Shown here piece after piece: positions 25,301 to 38,437 of a DNA stretch of 64,000 bases (its first letter is position 1; each line of letters starts with the position of its first letter). The notes below the pieces were generated by a model, which had not been told where the DNA came from, searched no databases, and was given only the letters and a program-made list of their open reading frames with translations. The DNA is taken from positions 62,001 through 126,000 of the forward strand of contig CDLV01000015.1 in NCBI GenBank assembly GCA_001244265.2, in the 5' to 3' direction. The stretch is from Microbotryum violaceum (lineage: Eukaryota). Position numbers and translations under genes: made by a program.

Positions 25301-25959
25301 AGTCAGCGATGTGGCAAGAGCCTGACTTGAGAGGCAGGGTCTCGCCCAAATCACGGTAGACTTACCTGTCCCTGCACGAGCTGCTTGAGGGAGTAGACGA
25401 GAACCTGGCCATCTCGGAGTGCAACGATGAGCGAGTGGTCGGATTGGGCAAAGTGCAAGTGGTCTACGAGGTGTGGAGTTGGAACTGCGAGTTGAGGTTC
25501 GAGCGAGGGGGTCGAGTGGGGGGCCGCCGTCGACAAGAGTTGGTGCAGGCTCGACAGCGAGAAGAGCACAAAGCCTAGGTTCAGCAACAACATTTTGGCG
25601 AGGGTCAGCGTCGGTGTGATCGTGCAATCCAGTCAGAAGGTTGATGTACCACTAGGTTCGGTCGCGGCGACGGCCCATCCAAATATGTTGGAGACGGCGA
25701 GCACATTCGCCTTGTGGCCTCGTGCGCTCGGAACAGAAGCATCGACCGAGTCAGCGGTAGGTGAGATGCGAACGGTCAACCCCTGCTGAGGAAGACTGAG
25801 GTTGAGGAACTGCGGGTCAAGAAGGAACCGAACCGAGCCCGTTGGTTAGCTGGACTGTTCGGGACGGGCTTGCTGAGCGGACCACCTGGGTGAATGACTT
25901 GCTTCGACATCTTGGTCGGAGGCCTCTTGCTCCACTGCAAGAGACGAGGTAGAGTGCAT
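19359..25959 (-). CDS. NUP159: FG-nucleoporin Nup159/Nup146/Nup214 (beta-propeller, FG repeats, coiled coil), multi-exon
   Basis: N-terminal propeller with CWSVKGKQISVG and WLEN; dozens of AFG/PFG/FSF repeats; C-terminal coiled coil RQLGPEQLENQKRLR, PSLDSVNRAVRNI. Confidence 0.9.
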
Positions 25960-26264
25960 ACTTTCCCCCTTGCGCCGAGCAAAGACAGACGACTTTGGAT
26001 GCGATTCGATCCGATTCGATGCGGTGCGATTATAGCGGTGCGATTATGGCGGTGCGATGCGCGGTGATGAGGCCTGAGGCCGGATGAGGTGTGGTGTCGA
26101 AAGCGCCAATTCGCGATTAGAAATCGGTTCGTGACGTGAGGGGAGATTGGGCTCGGCGCGCGCTCGGACCGCTCGGACTGAACGGCGACGTCAGGCCTCT
26201 CGCAGCTTCGTCTGGTGTGTTTTTGTCTGTCCCTCCACACACCCACACACGTCGAGCTGGCAAC

Positions 26265-26582
26265 ATGGACGCGTTCAAAATACTGGCGGCAGGAACTCGC
26301 TTTGACCGAAGACGTTTCAACCAGGACATCCAAGCGTTCGAGGTCAGCCCGAAGCCTTTCAGACCGGTGGTGGTGCCCTGACCGCACTTCGCAGCCGAGC
26401 CACGTCCAACTCGAACCAAAACTGAGCCTGCTTTCTCTCCCCTGTAGCCCAAATCTCAGACGCCTCGAGTTGCCTCAACATCAACTGTTCTTCCATCCGA
26501 GTTGGACTTTTTTGGGAATGTGACTGCACCACCAGAATCGACCGAGACGGCGAGCAAGAAGCGCAAAAAGTCAAAGTCCAAC

Positions 26583-26613
<31 letters not shown>

Positions 26614-28517
26614 CACCAGAAGCGCGTAAGCAGAGCACGCACATACAGTCTTTCGAAAACAACTCAGAGTAGCTGACCTTAAACTGTACTATTCTACCCA
26701 GTCGACTATGCAACGCTGCTCCGGACCAAACGCATCAAGTGCACCGGCGATGACGTCCCCAACCCGATACCTTCATGGAACCACTTGCCCCAAAACGCCC
26801 AGACTACCCTACTCCACAACAACTGGACGACCAAGATGCACCTCCACGAACCAACAGGTATCCAGATGAGCGCTTGGGGGATCATGTTGGAGGTGAGCAA
26901 CTCCGCCGAATCAGATTCTGCAACCGAGCTCGGTAGCTGACGAGACCGATCCGATCCAGAACCGTGACCTTTTGGCATGTGCACCAACAGGCTCCGGGAA
27001 GACCCTCTCCTTCCTCGTGCCTCTGCTCTTATCCGTCACTTTGTCCACTTCGGACGATCCCTCCACCAAGAAAGGACCCATCGCCCCTCGAGCGATCATC
27101 CTCGAACCGACACGAGAATTGGCGATGCAAGTGCAACGAGAAGCCTTAGCCTTGTCACAGGGTAGCCGATGGAAGATCCGAGTGCTGGGTGAGGATGGGT
27201 TTGGGGATGGGCAGAAGCCAGTAAAGAAGAACAAGAAGCGCAGCAAAGCAGAGCAAAAGGGAGGCAAGGAGCGCAGTGAGACGACCGAGAAGGGGGCAGA
27301 AGAGGCCGAACTGCTCCTGGAAGAGAAGCAAGAGGAGGAAGGTGGTGTAGTTGGTAAGTCTGACGAACGAGAAACTCTGTGTCGGTGCTCATCATGACTG
27401 CCGTCCCCATCTCATCAGAGATCCTCATCAGCACCCCCTTGCGACTGATCTACTCCATCAAGTCCTCCCAAGTCTCGGTCGTCGGCACAAGTCATCTCAT
27501 CCTCGACGAGTCCGACAAGTTGTTCGAACTCAATTTTCTCACTCAAACAGACGAAATCATCTCCCACCTCCCCTCGACGACCCAAAAAGCCATGTTTTCC
27601 GCGACGCTACCCTCAAGCATCGAAGAGCTTGCCAAGACGGTGATGAAACCTTCTTTGATCCGTGCGATCGTCGGTCACAAGGACGCCGCGAACGACCAAA
27701 TCGACCAAACACTACTCTTCGTTGGTGCAGAGGATCACAAGCTCTTGAGCTTGCGTACACTGATCGCCCAAGGTCAATTTACTCCCCCCGTCTTGATTTT
27801 CGTTCAATCGATCTTGAGGGCCAAAGAGCTCGCGACCGAACTCGTCTTGGACGGTATCAACGTCGATACAATTCATGCCGAACGAACGGCAGCGGAGCGG
27901 GATGCGGCGGTGCAGGCTTTCGCGCAGGGCAAGGTGTGGTGTTTGATCGCGACGGATGTGTTGGGCCGAGGGGTTGATTTCAGAGGGGTCAAGTTGGTCA
28001 TCAACTACGACTTCCCGCAGAGCGCTGGAAGCTACGTCCACAGGATTGGCGAGTTTGCTACACCTAGAAGCTTGTTCTGAACCGGCCCTGATTGATCTCA
28101 TCTCTCACCACAACAGGGCGAACGGGTCGAGCTGGGAACCCTGGCAAAGCCATTACATTCTTCACTCAAGCGGACGCGCCTTATCTGAAGATGTGAGCCA
28201 TCAAAGCTCTCGTATCTCGGCTTTTTCATTCAACCCCCTGATGTTTGTCCAAGTCCACGCTTTCATTCAGCATCGTCAACGTCATGCGTTCCTCCGGGTG
28301 CGCTGTCCCCTCCTACATGCTCGACCTCAAAGCTCCTTCACAAGACGACAAGAAACGACTCCGTCTCAAACCCGTCGGACGAAAGGATATCAGTCGAACG
28401 AACGGGTCTGGGAACAAGGACGCGAGGGATCGTAAAGGAAAAAAGAGGCAGAGGATCATGGGTGGTGAAGAGGGTGTATTTAAGAAGAGGAAGGAGAAAA
28501 TTCAGATTGAAGAGTAG
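26265..28517 (+). CDS. ROK1: DEAD-box rRNA-processing helicase Rok1/DDX52, multi-exon
   Basis: [76 protein letters not shown] and YVHRIGRTGRAG. Confidence 0.95.
26586..26612 (+). repeat. (CAG)9 microsatellite encoding poly-Gln in the Rok1 N-terminus
   Basis: Nine CAG units in the frame [19 protein letters not shown]. Confidence 0.9.
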
Positions 28518-28746
28518 TGTGGTAATCACGACGGTCGCGGTCTGAATCGCTGTCATCTGAGGACGACGATGATGAGTCATTTGAGAGGGGTTTCATCAAC
28601 GCGCCTCTGGACGGTGTATAAGCAGCTTTTAAAGCTGCCTTTTGTCAGGCTTTGCGATCATTGCTCGAGGTTGTGAGGGCTCGGTGAGCCACCCGTTGAC
28701 TGCCGCTCGGCTCTGGAGCACCGTTCTCCCTGGTATCGATCTTCAC

Positions 28747-29944
28747 TTAATATGGAGACTGATCTGGGTTTGGTCGTCTTGATGGATTTTCTCTCCATTT
28801 CTGTGCGAAATGCAGTGGTGTAATCCGATTCATCATACGAATTCGAATCCGTTCCGTATGCTCCCCATAATCGGAGGGGTCATCCAGCCTGACATTTATC
28901 TCTCTAAAAATTGTGCAGGTTGGTATCACCCAATGAGTAGCGTCTTGGCCAATTGGGTGTCATGTATCTCTTTTTCAGCAAGGTGTCTGTGTTCGCTTAC
29001 AAAGTAGTGGTCGTGCCTCGGGAGACGGTCTGTGATGTCTCGTGAGATGTCTCTCACTGGCGAGGCCAGTGGGGTAGTGCACGCGAATCGTGGAATCACT
29101 CTTATCGGTCGAGCGGTCATCGGAGCCCGAGTCACCAGGCTCGGTCTGTAAGGCTGAGTCGACAACCTCTTTCCGATTATTTCCAACTCTGGGATCAGCA
29201 GTATCCCTGATGTCAAGGACTTTCGCGCTGCTTCTGGCTACCATTCTGCGATGGGCCGGGGGTTCGGCATTAGCGTCGACCCAGGTCCCGTTGATCGGGC
29301 TATGTCGTCGGCCCGTGTTGACACTGGAATTCTTGGCATATCTGCCTGGATAGCAATTGGTGATGTTGACTCATCAATTCTTGCCGCACCCTTGCCTCTG
29401 TTGTCTCGTAGCAGGGTAGGGTTCTCCTCGGTTGAGGTGGTTGAGTGAGCGATCGCTAATCTCGCACTTGGGGTTTCGGAGCGAAGTAGTAAACAAACGT
29501 CCGTCCTTGTGGTCGGCCATGATATCTTTGACTATAAACCGAGGGTAAATTACGTTCTCTAATCAAATCATTTACTTCGTCCAGCGAAGCAACTGTGGTC
29601 TATCTCAAAGAGAGGTCTGTCCTTTTCACTCAGGAGTACAAAAGTGACACGTCTCACTTCTTGCGCCGATTGATGTCGCAAGCAATGGGTTCTGTCTGTT
29701 TCCAGCGCAGAGAACCTTTTTCAAGGCAGGCCACCTTCTTTCGTGGTTCAGTCCAAGAGGTACTATGCGGAGTATCTTGAGACTGCTGGCGGTAAGGGTT
29801 GTCAATCGGCTTGTCCTCCAGCGATGGTTCGGTGTCGAGTTCGAGGTTGCTGGAAGGAAGTCCAATAAAAAAAAAATGTAAAGCCGGTGGCCTTACAGAA
29901 GGATTGCGAGTACTGGGCCGATCGCTTTTGGAATCGTTGTTCAC
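28747..29944 (-). CDS. Hypothetical spliced orphan protein (5' end uncertain)
   Basis: ORF pieces 29654-29944, 28975-29244 and 28747-28929 are flanked by GT..AG; the last junction splices in frame (RPLL-Y-ATHWVIPTC); no recognisable domain. Confidence 0.35.
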
Positions 29945-30663
29945 TCGAAAGGTATTGGAGACCGTGTTTCGTCGTTTCAGGATCGGTTCGAATCAATGTG
30001 ATCCTCTAAAGCGAGAGAGAGGACTGAGATTGAACTACACGAAAAGGATTGATGACCAATATTCGGTCAGGCGGGTTTCGGCCAGCTGCTTCAGTGCTTG
30101 GGTTTGTGCGTGCGAGGCCGCTCGGGCCTCACATGGAGGTAATTGTGGTACTCGGGATCTCGTCGGATCCGTGATGGTCATGTCAAATTGTCAAGGTCAA
30201 CACCGGTTCAGGCAGCGTCAACATCGTTTTCGACAAAGTTCTCATGGATCAAACGCTTTCGGGTAAGACCCAGTACATACTTCGGTGTCTCAAGAATTAA
30301 CTGTCAACGACAAGTAGTGCACGCGGCGGAAATGCGTACAGAGGAACGGACCGGACAGACGAGAAGGCGGCTAAGAGCGGGGAAGAGGAGGCGATTCTAA
30401 ACGGGCGCTCCACTACTGCGCCACGAAGACTTGCTCTCCAGAGAACAAGAGCAAGGGCGGGAAGAGTGACCAAAAGGGGCGGATGAGGCAGTGAAGCGAA
30501 ATGAAGGGGACGCAGCGATGCAAATGACTAGGACGGGGTGCTTCTTGAGCTGGTGCTTCTTGTGCTCAGGTGCGCTCGTGGCACGGGGTCGTACAACTGA
30601 TCACCTTGGTCAGAATCACCATCCCTTTCCCACCTCTCACTCTCTCACTCTGCCTTCGCATAG

Positions 30664-32308
30664 ATGGTCGGATCTTACACCCTCCTCTCAGCGCTCGCCC
30701 TTTCATCGGTCGCAGCGGCTTTCCCTGGCTCGAAACATTGCGGCCCGAAGCCTTGCAAACTCTGCTTTAACAGTCGTAACAATCGATTGCACTTCGTTAA
30801 CGGCGTATTCCGAACGACGGTCTTCACGGATCTTCACTATGGTGAGGCTCAAGGTATTGAGTGGGAGCCTTGGGGTAAATTGCAGGTGAGTCGCGCCCTT
30901 GCACGGGCCTTTCCGGCGACCTTCGAAAAAGGGGTCGCACTCGGGCCGGACATCCGTTAACCGAGGCGCGAGCGCACAGGTGATTGCGCCGCACATGGTC
31001 GGATAAGCTACCGGCTCTGACCTCCACTAACCCCTTTGCATTTATTTTTTGTAGGACGATACGTCGGATCACATCATGAGGACTATCCTCCAAGCGGAGA
31101 AGCCCCACCTCGTCGTGTTCAACGGTGACCAAGTCACCGGCGAAGGCTTGTTGGCCGAGAACGCCACCGACGCCTACGACAACTGCCTCAAAGTGACCGT
31201 CAACTCGAATACCCCTTTCGCCGCAATCTACGGCAACCACGACAACGCGGTCAACATCAGTCACACCCAATTGTACGAACACGAAAAGTTGAACTACAAG
31301 GATTTGTCGATGACGCAGGCAAACCCAGATTCCGCCACCGACCAAAACGGCATCTACAATTACGTCTTGCCCGTCTTTGAGGACAGGACCGCGAAGGCGC
31401 CCAGTCTCTTGTTGTGGTTCTTCGACTCGAGGAGTGGAATCTTTCCCAACCCCAACCAATACGAAGACTGGGTCGATGCAAAGGTCGGACCGGTGAGTCA
31501 GATCCTGCGGCTCGGAAAATTTTGACCCGGCGGAGTCTTTTCATTTGTTTTTCATTGGATCGTGCCAGGTTAAGAGCTGACCCGAAGTTGACGCTGCAGT
31601 GGATCAAATCGACCGCCGATTGCATCCTATCGACCTACAAATTGCGCTCGCTTCCCCCCTCGTTGACGTTCGTGCACATCCCCGTCAGCCGCATGAAACA
31701 ACTCCAGCACGGGGTTGTCGACCTCCGCCCTCCAAGCTACCGACCCGTCTTCATCAACGACGACCCCGTCGACTCGCAAGGCGAACACCACCTCGCTGTG
31801 CACAAGCCCGATGCTCCGTTCTGGACCGCCCTTCGTGACACCTTGAACGGCGCTAATGAGAATGGCGTCATCGCCACCGTGGTTGGCCACGATCACGAAA
31901 ACGAGTAGGTGTTGAATTCATTGCGCTGTGTTCGATCAAGTCGCTCTATGTTCCTGATTCGTACTTTACATCTCTCAGTTGGTGCGCCGAGTCGAACACT
32001 TCCCATTGGCCACACTGCTTTGCGCGGTAAGAGGCTGCTGCTTCCTTCGGCTCCCATATAATCCCTCAGCTTCCCTTGGACTGACCTTTCCCCTGTATTT
32101 TTCCCGTCCCTTTTCCTCCGCCTTCCCACCTTCATCTAGTCACACGGGCCAAGGCGGTTACGGCGTTCAGGCTCGCGGCTCGCGGGTCATTGAGGTTCGG
32201 TCGGGTTTGAACAGGAAGAACAAGGAGACCCAGGTGCTTGTCGCGCACAGCTGGATCCGCCTCGGGACGGGTGAAAAGATCAGCAAGTCGAGACTCTGGA
32301 GGGCCTGA
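30664..32308 (+). CDS. Secreted calcineurin-like metallophosphoesterase (DCR2-like), multi-exon
   Basis: Signal peptide MVGSYTLLSALALSSVAAA; DLHYGE, NGDQVTGE, GNHD, FVHIP, GHDHENDWC and HTGQGGYG. Confidence 0.9.
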
Positions 32309-32828
32309 GCAAGTTCTTTTTTGTTCTCAAGCTTGCGCAAGGCTTCGGGAAAGATACATAGCATTTGTTTTTCGTGTTTCGAATTCGTGGGACGGCAACA
32401 GCAGGGGCTTCATGTTTATCATCATAGACTACGATTGCTCCCACCGCTTAAACATTGTGAGACTGTTGCATGCTTGAACCGATTTGCCCCAGCTGTCGAG
32501 AAAGCGAGACGGAGTAGGCTTGTTGTAAGGTATGCGCCTCTGATGTGCATAAAGTATGTCGTTCTTGGCCACTAGACTAAAAGCAAGTCGTAACTAGAAT
32601 TCGGCAGTTCTAGCTACTCAGAGGCTACTTACAGGGCTGTTCTGTAAGGCATCCCCTTACACTTGTTTGCGATCTGGCGGCGGCCGGCGGCGGCCAGGGG
32701 ATTCGAGTCGGTCAGATTCTGAGGCCGTGGCACCACTTTGCGCCCCACACGTCGCCCTTGGCATCACTGCACACTTGCGGACACAGGCTCCGAAGTCCAG
32801 ACGGAACGGCTGTCGTCATCAGAGCAAG

Positions 32829-34195
32829 ATGTTACTCTTCCGACGAGCGACTGCTCTAGCTCCCCAATGTGGTACATGCACCCCAACATGGAGTCGTAAG
32901 GCCGTCACGAGCGGGGTGCTCATCGCAGCTCGGCGTAGCTTCTCCTGCTCCCCGATCTCATTCAAACCCATCGACCTCGCATCGGACGTCTATTCACCCA
33001 AGACAAAACCTGACCAAGCCAGAGGACCTCTTGTGGTGTTGCATGGCCTGTACGGGTCCAAACAGAATTGGCGATCGCAGGCCAAAGGGATAGCTCAGCA
33101 TTTGGGAAGAGACGTTATCACGTTGGTCAGTTTGGGATAGATATCCTTGGCTACGTTGGAGAAAGATCAACAAAGTAACTGACGAACCCACTGAGCTGTA
33201 TTGCCAGGATTTGCGTAATCATGGGCTCTCGCCGCATGCTCCCGAGGCAGCCTATTCCGATTTGGCCGGCGACGTTCGCAAGTTCATCGATGACCACAAG
33301 CTACGAAAAATCTGTCTCGTCGGCCATTCAATGTACATGTAGATCCCGCGCTGTCTTGTAGTGCGCGCTGAACTGATTTTTCATCCCCGTGTACCTCGGA
33401 TATCTGCGTCGGCCCGATTTTCGCGAATGGTCGGAAAAGGGGAGGCAAGGTCGCCATGGCTCTGACACTGGAACCGCACGAGCAGATCAAACAACTCGTC
33501 GGTGACTTAAATTCACACTGCCCCGTGTTTTTTCTCTCGACTTGACTAAATCGCCGAAAGTCTCATCCCCTCAGTGGTCGATATCGCCCCCGGAACCGGC
33601 GCAATCTCACCCGAGTTCAGAGCTTACCTGACTGCGATGAAGGAGATCAACGATGCCAAGGTCATGTCGAGAAAAGAGGCCGATGCGATTCTGGCCAAGA
33701 CCGAACCGGTATGTTCAACCTTGAGTCTGAGAAAGAAGGAGCTACCTTCCGGCTGATATCCTCACGCTTTGGATTGGGTCAACCGTCCAGGATCTCGGCG
33801 TTCGACAATTTCTGTTGACGAACCTGATCCGGAACTCCGATTCGACCCCCTACAGCTTCCGTCTTCCCTTGGACTACCTCTCGAAGCAGATTGACGAGAT
33901 CGGGTCTTTCCCGTTCGCACCGGGGACCAAGGAATGGACCGGTCCTACGCTGTTTTTGAAGGGTGCCAAGAGCAAGTACATCAATCGACGAAACATCCCG
34001 TTGTGTGAGGGCTATTTTCCCAAGATGGAGTTGAAGACGTTGGAAACGGGGCATTGGGGTGAGTGTTCATTCTCTGCATGTACTATGGCGCCGCGAGGGG
34101 CTGACGAAAAATGTCGTTGATGACGATCAGTTCACGCCGAGAAACCCAGGGAGTTCCTTCAGGCGCTAGAGGAGTTTTTGGACAAGAATTCTTGA
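32829..34195 (+). CDS. Mitochondrial ABHD11-like alpha/beta hydrolase, multi-exon
   Basis: Arg-rich presequence; LHGLYGSKQNWRS, DLRNHGLSPH, GHSMGGKVAM, VDIAP, QFLLTNL and GHWVHAEKP. Confidence 0.92.
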
Positions 34196-34405
34196 CCGGA
34201 ACTGAATCGATGTTGTAGAAAGAATCTAGTAAACGAATGCAGAGTATGTGCAAACGAAGTGTTGGGGTGACGCAAGACCACAAAAGCCGCGCTCAGCTTG
34301 TTCTCGGAAGGGCTGCCTGCGCTTGACCTCACGAATCGCGGTTGGTTGCGCTGCACATCCACCTCGTCCCGTCAAGTTTGTCTCGTCGGTTGCGACGCTT
34401 TCGGG

Positions 34406-37400
34406 ATGGCGCCTCGCAACCGGAACAAGGACAAGAACCCAACAGCCCCTGTCGATGACAGCCCCGAAGCGTTGATGGAGCGGTACTCTTCGGTGCTGAC
34501 GCAGCTGAGCGAGCGGCCTTACGATCGGGCGTTGCACTCGTCGCACCTCGCCTTGGTCCGACAGCTCGGCGATGACGATGGCTTGGAGCAAGCAAGGCAG
34601 ATGTTGGGGTCCTATCACCCTCTGACGCAGGGTGAGCAGTGTTCTGTGGATGATAAGGGTAGAATTCAGAGGTCCTGATGTTGGATATGGGTACGCGGCG
34701 CAGACGAGTGGACCGAGTGGATCGACGATCGCAGGGCCAAACTCGACCAGGATGACATGGAACCTCACGTCGCCCTGCTCGATCTCTACTCCAAATCTAC
34801 CAGAGATATTCTTTGTAAGTGTAGCACGCGAACGAAGGATTGATAGCCCGTTCTTGGAAGATACACGGATGCTCGCTCGCTGACTTGGATCTCACCTCCC
34901 TTCGCAGACATGCCCTTGCTCGAATCCTACTCCAAGCACGTCATATCCCACTACTACATCTCTCAAGGCGTGTTACCACCTTCCACTTTATCCAGCAACT
35001 CCGATGTGGACGAACAGGACCAGGACGAGGACGAGGATGCGGATGCGGCCATGAACGATGTCGGATCGGCACGCCGAGTTGGAGATCCCAACCCTTTGCT
35101 GGAGGCAGTCTATGGATTGGACAGCGTCAGGGAGGTCAGAGAAGAAGTTTTGGCCGTAGGAGGGAGGCTCCTGAGCGAGGTGAGTCACGAGGGTCGCGAT
35201 TGGAACCCGCAGTCGTGGAAGCGAGTGGGGGGCCACCAGCCGAGCTGCACCGAGCTGATGCAAGGTTTTACGACCCCTCAGAGCCAGTCACTGTGGAGCA
35301 TTTGGCGAACATTCGAGCTCGACCTCCTTTCACTGGCTTCGACCCCCGAAGCAAGGGCACAGCAGCTTGCCAACGTCGACGCCTTGTTCCTCGCCCGACT
35401 CGCTGTACCCCACATGCAGATCGACGACACCTTTGCCGCCTACTCGACCTTTGTCACCCGACACGACAACGACCACTACGGTGAAAAGCTTCCGGCCGCG
35501 AATCGGGTGTTTAGTGCGGCCAAGAAAGTCGTCGATGAACGTGATGCCGAGGAGAGGAGGCTGGTCAGTCTGAGTCGAACTCGAGCTCAATACTCCCCAC
35601 CCGCTCAATAGCTCGCTTCATCTCTCGCCCACAGACGCAGGCAAAATGTTCCGAAAAGTCTTTCCTTGCCTATCTCGAATGGGAACTCGAACCCAAAAAG
35701 CCCGACTATGTACAACTGCGAGCCCTGTTCGAGCGTGCGCTGTCCCACCACCCCGATTCGCTCGAGATCTGGGCCCTTTACCTCGATGCCTTCAATAGGG
35801 CTCCCAAAGCATCCTCCAACATCCTTGCCATCTCGGAACGAGCCGTTCGGGCGCTGCCTCAGCATGCCAAACTGTGGGTCATCTATCTCAGAATTGCGGA
35901 GAGATTTGGGCTCGAGGTCGATCAGATCTTTGAGAAGGCCTACTCGACACATCTGTTCGATGGGGATGTCGAGGGTCTCGTTGCGCTGTACCAAGCGAGA
36001 GCAGGCTTCCATAGACGACAGGTCGATCAACTTGGTGAGCCACCCGCCAGCTCAATGTTGCTGAGGTTCGCCTTTGCTAATTATGTCGTCTATATTTCAT
36101 GCTCACAGTTGCTCCTGGAGAAGAAGGAGATAACATTGAACTGATCGATCTCGTCGTTGGGGTTTTAAGGGAAGGCATCTCGCGTGTCGAGGAAGGTATG
36201 TTTGATACAAACAAAGATGGAATTCGTGATTTTCGCGACTGATCGCGCTCTTTTCGTCAACAGCTTCGAAGAAAGGTGATCCTCAACTGCGCCTCGAGAA
36301 ATACCTCTTGCGCCAACTCGAACGCTTCGATCGAATTGAGGAAGCCACGGATCTCTGGGAGAGCTTAACCGAGGACACGCCTTCCTCCTATGCGGTGTGG
36401 TACGGACGGGCCGACTTTCTCACTCGCCACAATGACATTCCGACAGCACATGCCGTCTACGTCCAAGGGTGCTCGGAGCACTCGCTCGATTATCCTGAAT
36501 ACCTCATCGACGCGTGGGAGGCGTTTGAGATCCAGAATGGCAATTTGGCCGACTTGGAGTTCTCCTTGACAAAAATTGCGAGGCAGAGGAAAGGATTGGG
36601 GAGGAAGAGGGAACGGGAGATGAAGCAGTATCAGGAGGCGCAGGCGGCGATGGCAAGTCAGGACGAAAGGGCGGCACAGTTCATTGAATCGGCTGTTGCT
36701 GCTGAGGGTGGAAAGAAGAGGGAGCGATCGCCGGTGGCTGCGACAGAGGATGACGTCTCCAGAACCTCTGTGGCTCAAAGCTCGGCGGATGTGGCGATGC
36801 CGGCCCCACCGCCCAAGAAGATCAAGACTGAGCGCGCCGCCCTTTCTACGCCTGCACCCGCATCGACGTCGAACGAGAACGAGGCTCCCACTCGAGACCG
36901 CGAGAATTCCACTGTTTTCGTCACCGTCCCTTCCACAACCTCCATGACCGAAAACGATCTCGTCACCTTGTTCAAAGACTGTGGAAAGTTCAGGGAATGC
37001 AAGCTCAAGACGCTCGGTACCTCGGACGTCGCGATGATCGAATTCATGTCCTCATCGGACGTGCTCGCCGCCCGAACAAAAGACAAGAAGCGCTTGCGTG
37101 GTGAAGAAATCCAGGTCGAGGTCGCTTGGCACAGTTGTTTGTACGTGACGAACTTTCCCGACGAATGGGACAAGGAGCAGGTCGAAAAGCTTTTTGGCGA
37201 GTATGGCACGATCTTTGATACGAGGTGGCCGAGCAAACGCTTCAAATCGACGAGGAGGTTCTGTTACGTTCAGTACACCAACGCAGTAAGTCGTCCCAGT
37301 TTTGTCAGCTATCTAGTAAGCACTACGTGACTGATCGCGTCGCGCATCCTCACGCGTTGCAGAGTTCCGCCAGCGCTGCTACATCAGCCTTGCACAACAA

Positions 37401-38301
37401 GGAACTCGATTCGACACATCGACTTCAGGCCCTCATTTCGGACCCGAATCGCAAAAAGGGCCGTACCGACGCCGACGCCAACAACAAAGAACTTTACATC
37501 GCCGGCCTCTCCAGGTACACGAAAGAGCACGACCTACGCCGTCTCTTCGAGCCGCACGGAACGATCAAAGGGATCCGAGTGAGCGAGGACGATCAAGGCG
37601 AATGCCGGGGCTTCGCATTCGTCGAATATGAGGACGAGGCTTCCGCACAAGCAGCTTTGATATTGAACAATACGGAGTTGAAGAAGCGACACATCAGCGT
37701 CACGATCGCTCAAGCCCGAGCGAGGGGTGCTCAATCGGCGATCGACTCCAATTCCTCCTTCAAGAACCGCGAGAATAAGACGGCCCTCTCGGACAAATCT
37801 GTACGAGTAACCAAAATCGCGCCCGGAACCGAAGAAGCGATCGTGCAACAGGCTTTTGAGAAATTGGCCACGGTTAAGCTCGTGACGATGAGCGTAGGAG
37901 CAACGCACGCGAACGTCGAGTTGGACAGCGCCGCGGAAGCAGGCAAAGTCTTGCTCGCCGCTGCGAGCGAGGAAGGGATCGTCATTGATGGGACCAAAGT
38001 GCACGTCGTCGCTGATGGGCCCCAATTAAGGGGAGCGGCGGCAACGAGTGTCGGAGCGCAGAGCATGCCTCGGACAAGTGCACCGCTTCTTCCACGACAA
38101 GCCGGTCGAGGCCGAGGGCGGATTGGGTTGGGAATGAGGGGGAAAGGATCGGCCAGAGGTGGCCTGGGGATGCGTTCAGGACCCGCTTCATCTTCTGCAA
38201 GCACCTCTGCTGGCGCGAGCGTCAGCCCAAGTTCTGCGTCTGTTGGGGCGTTGAAGACTCAAGACGACTTCCGTGCGCTGCTGAATAAGGGCAAAAAGTA
38301 G
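34406..38301 (+). CDS. PRP24: U4/U6 snRNP recycling factor Prp24/SART3 (HAT repeats, four RRMs), multi-exon
   Basis: HAT-like helical region (LDYPEYLIDAWEAFE), RDRENSTVFV, LYVTNFP..RWPSKRFKSTRRFCYVQY, ISDPNRKKGRTDA..ELYIAGL, C-terminal Lsm-binding motif KTQDDFRALL. Confidence 0.92.
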
Positions 38302-38437
38302 GTTCTTTGTTTCTCATTAAAAAAAAGCAAATAACGTACCAAATATCAGCGTACATAACCTGTTGAGAGTGCCTAAGATCCCGGAGGGGTATAAGTGGGC
38401 TGAGTACGCGTCCAGTGCGAGATGCTGGCCTCGTTCT

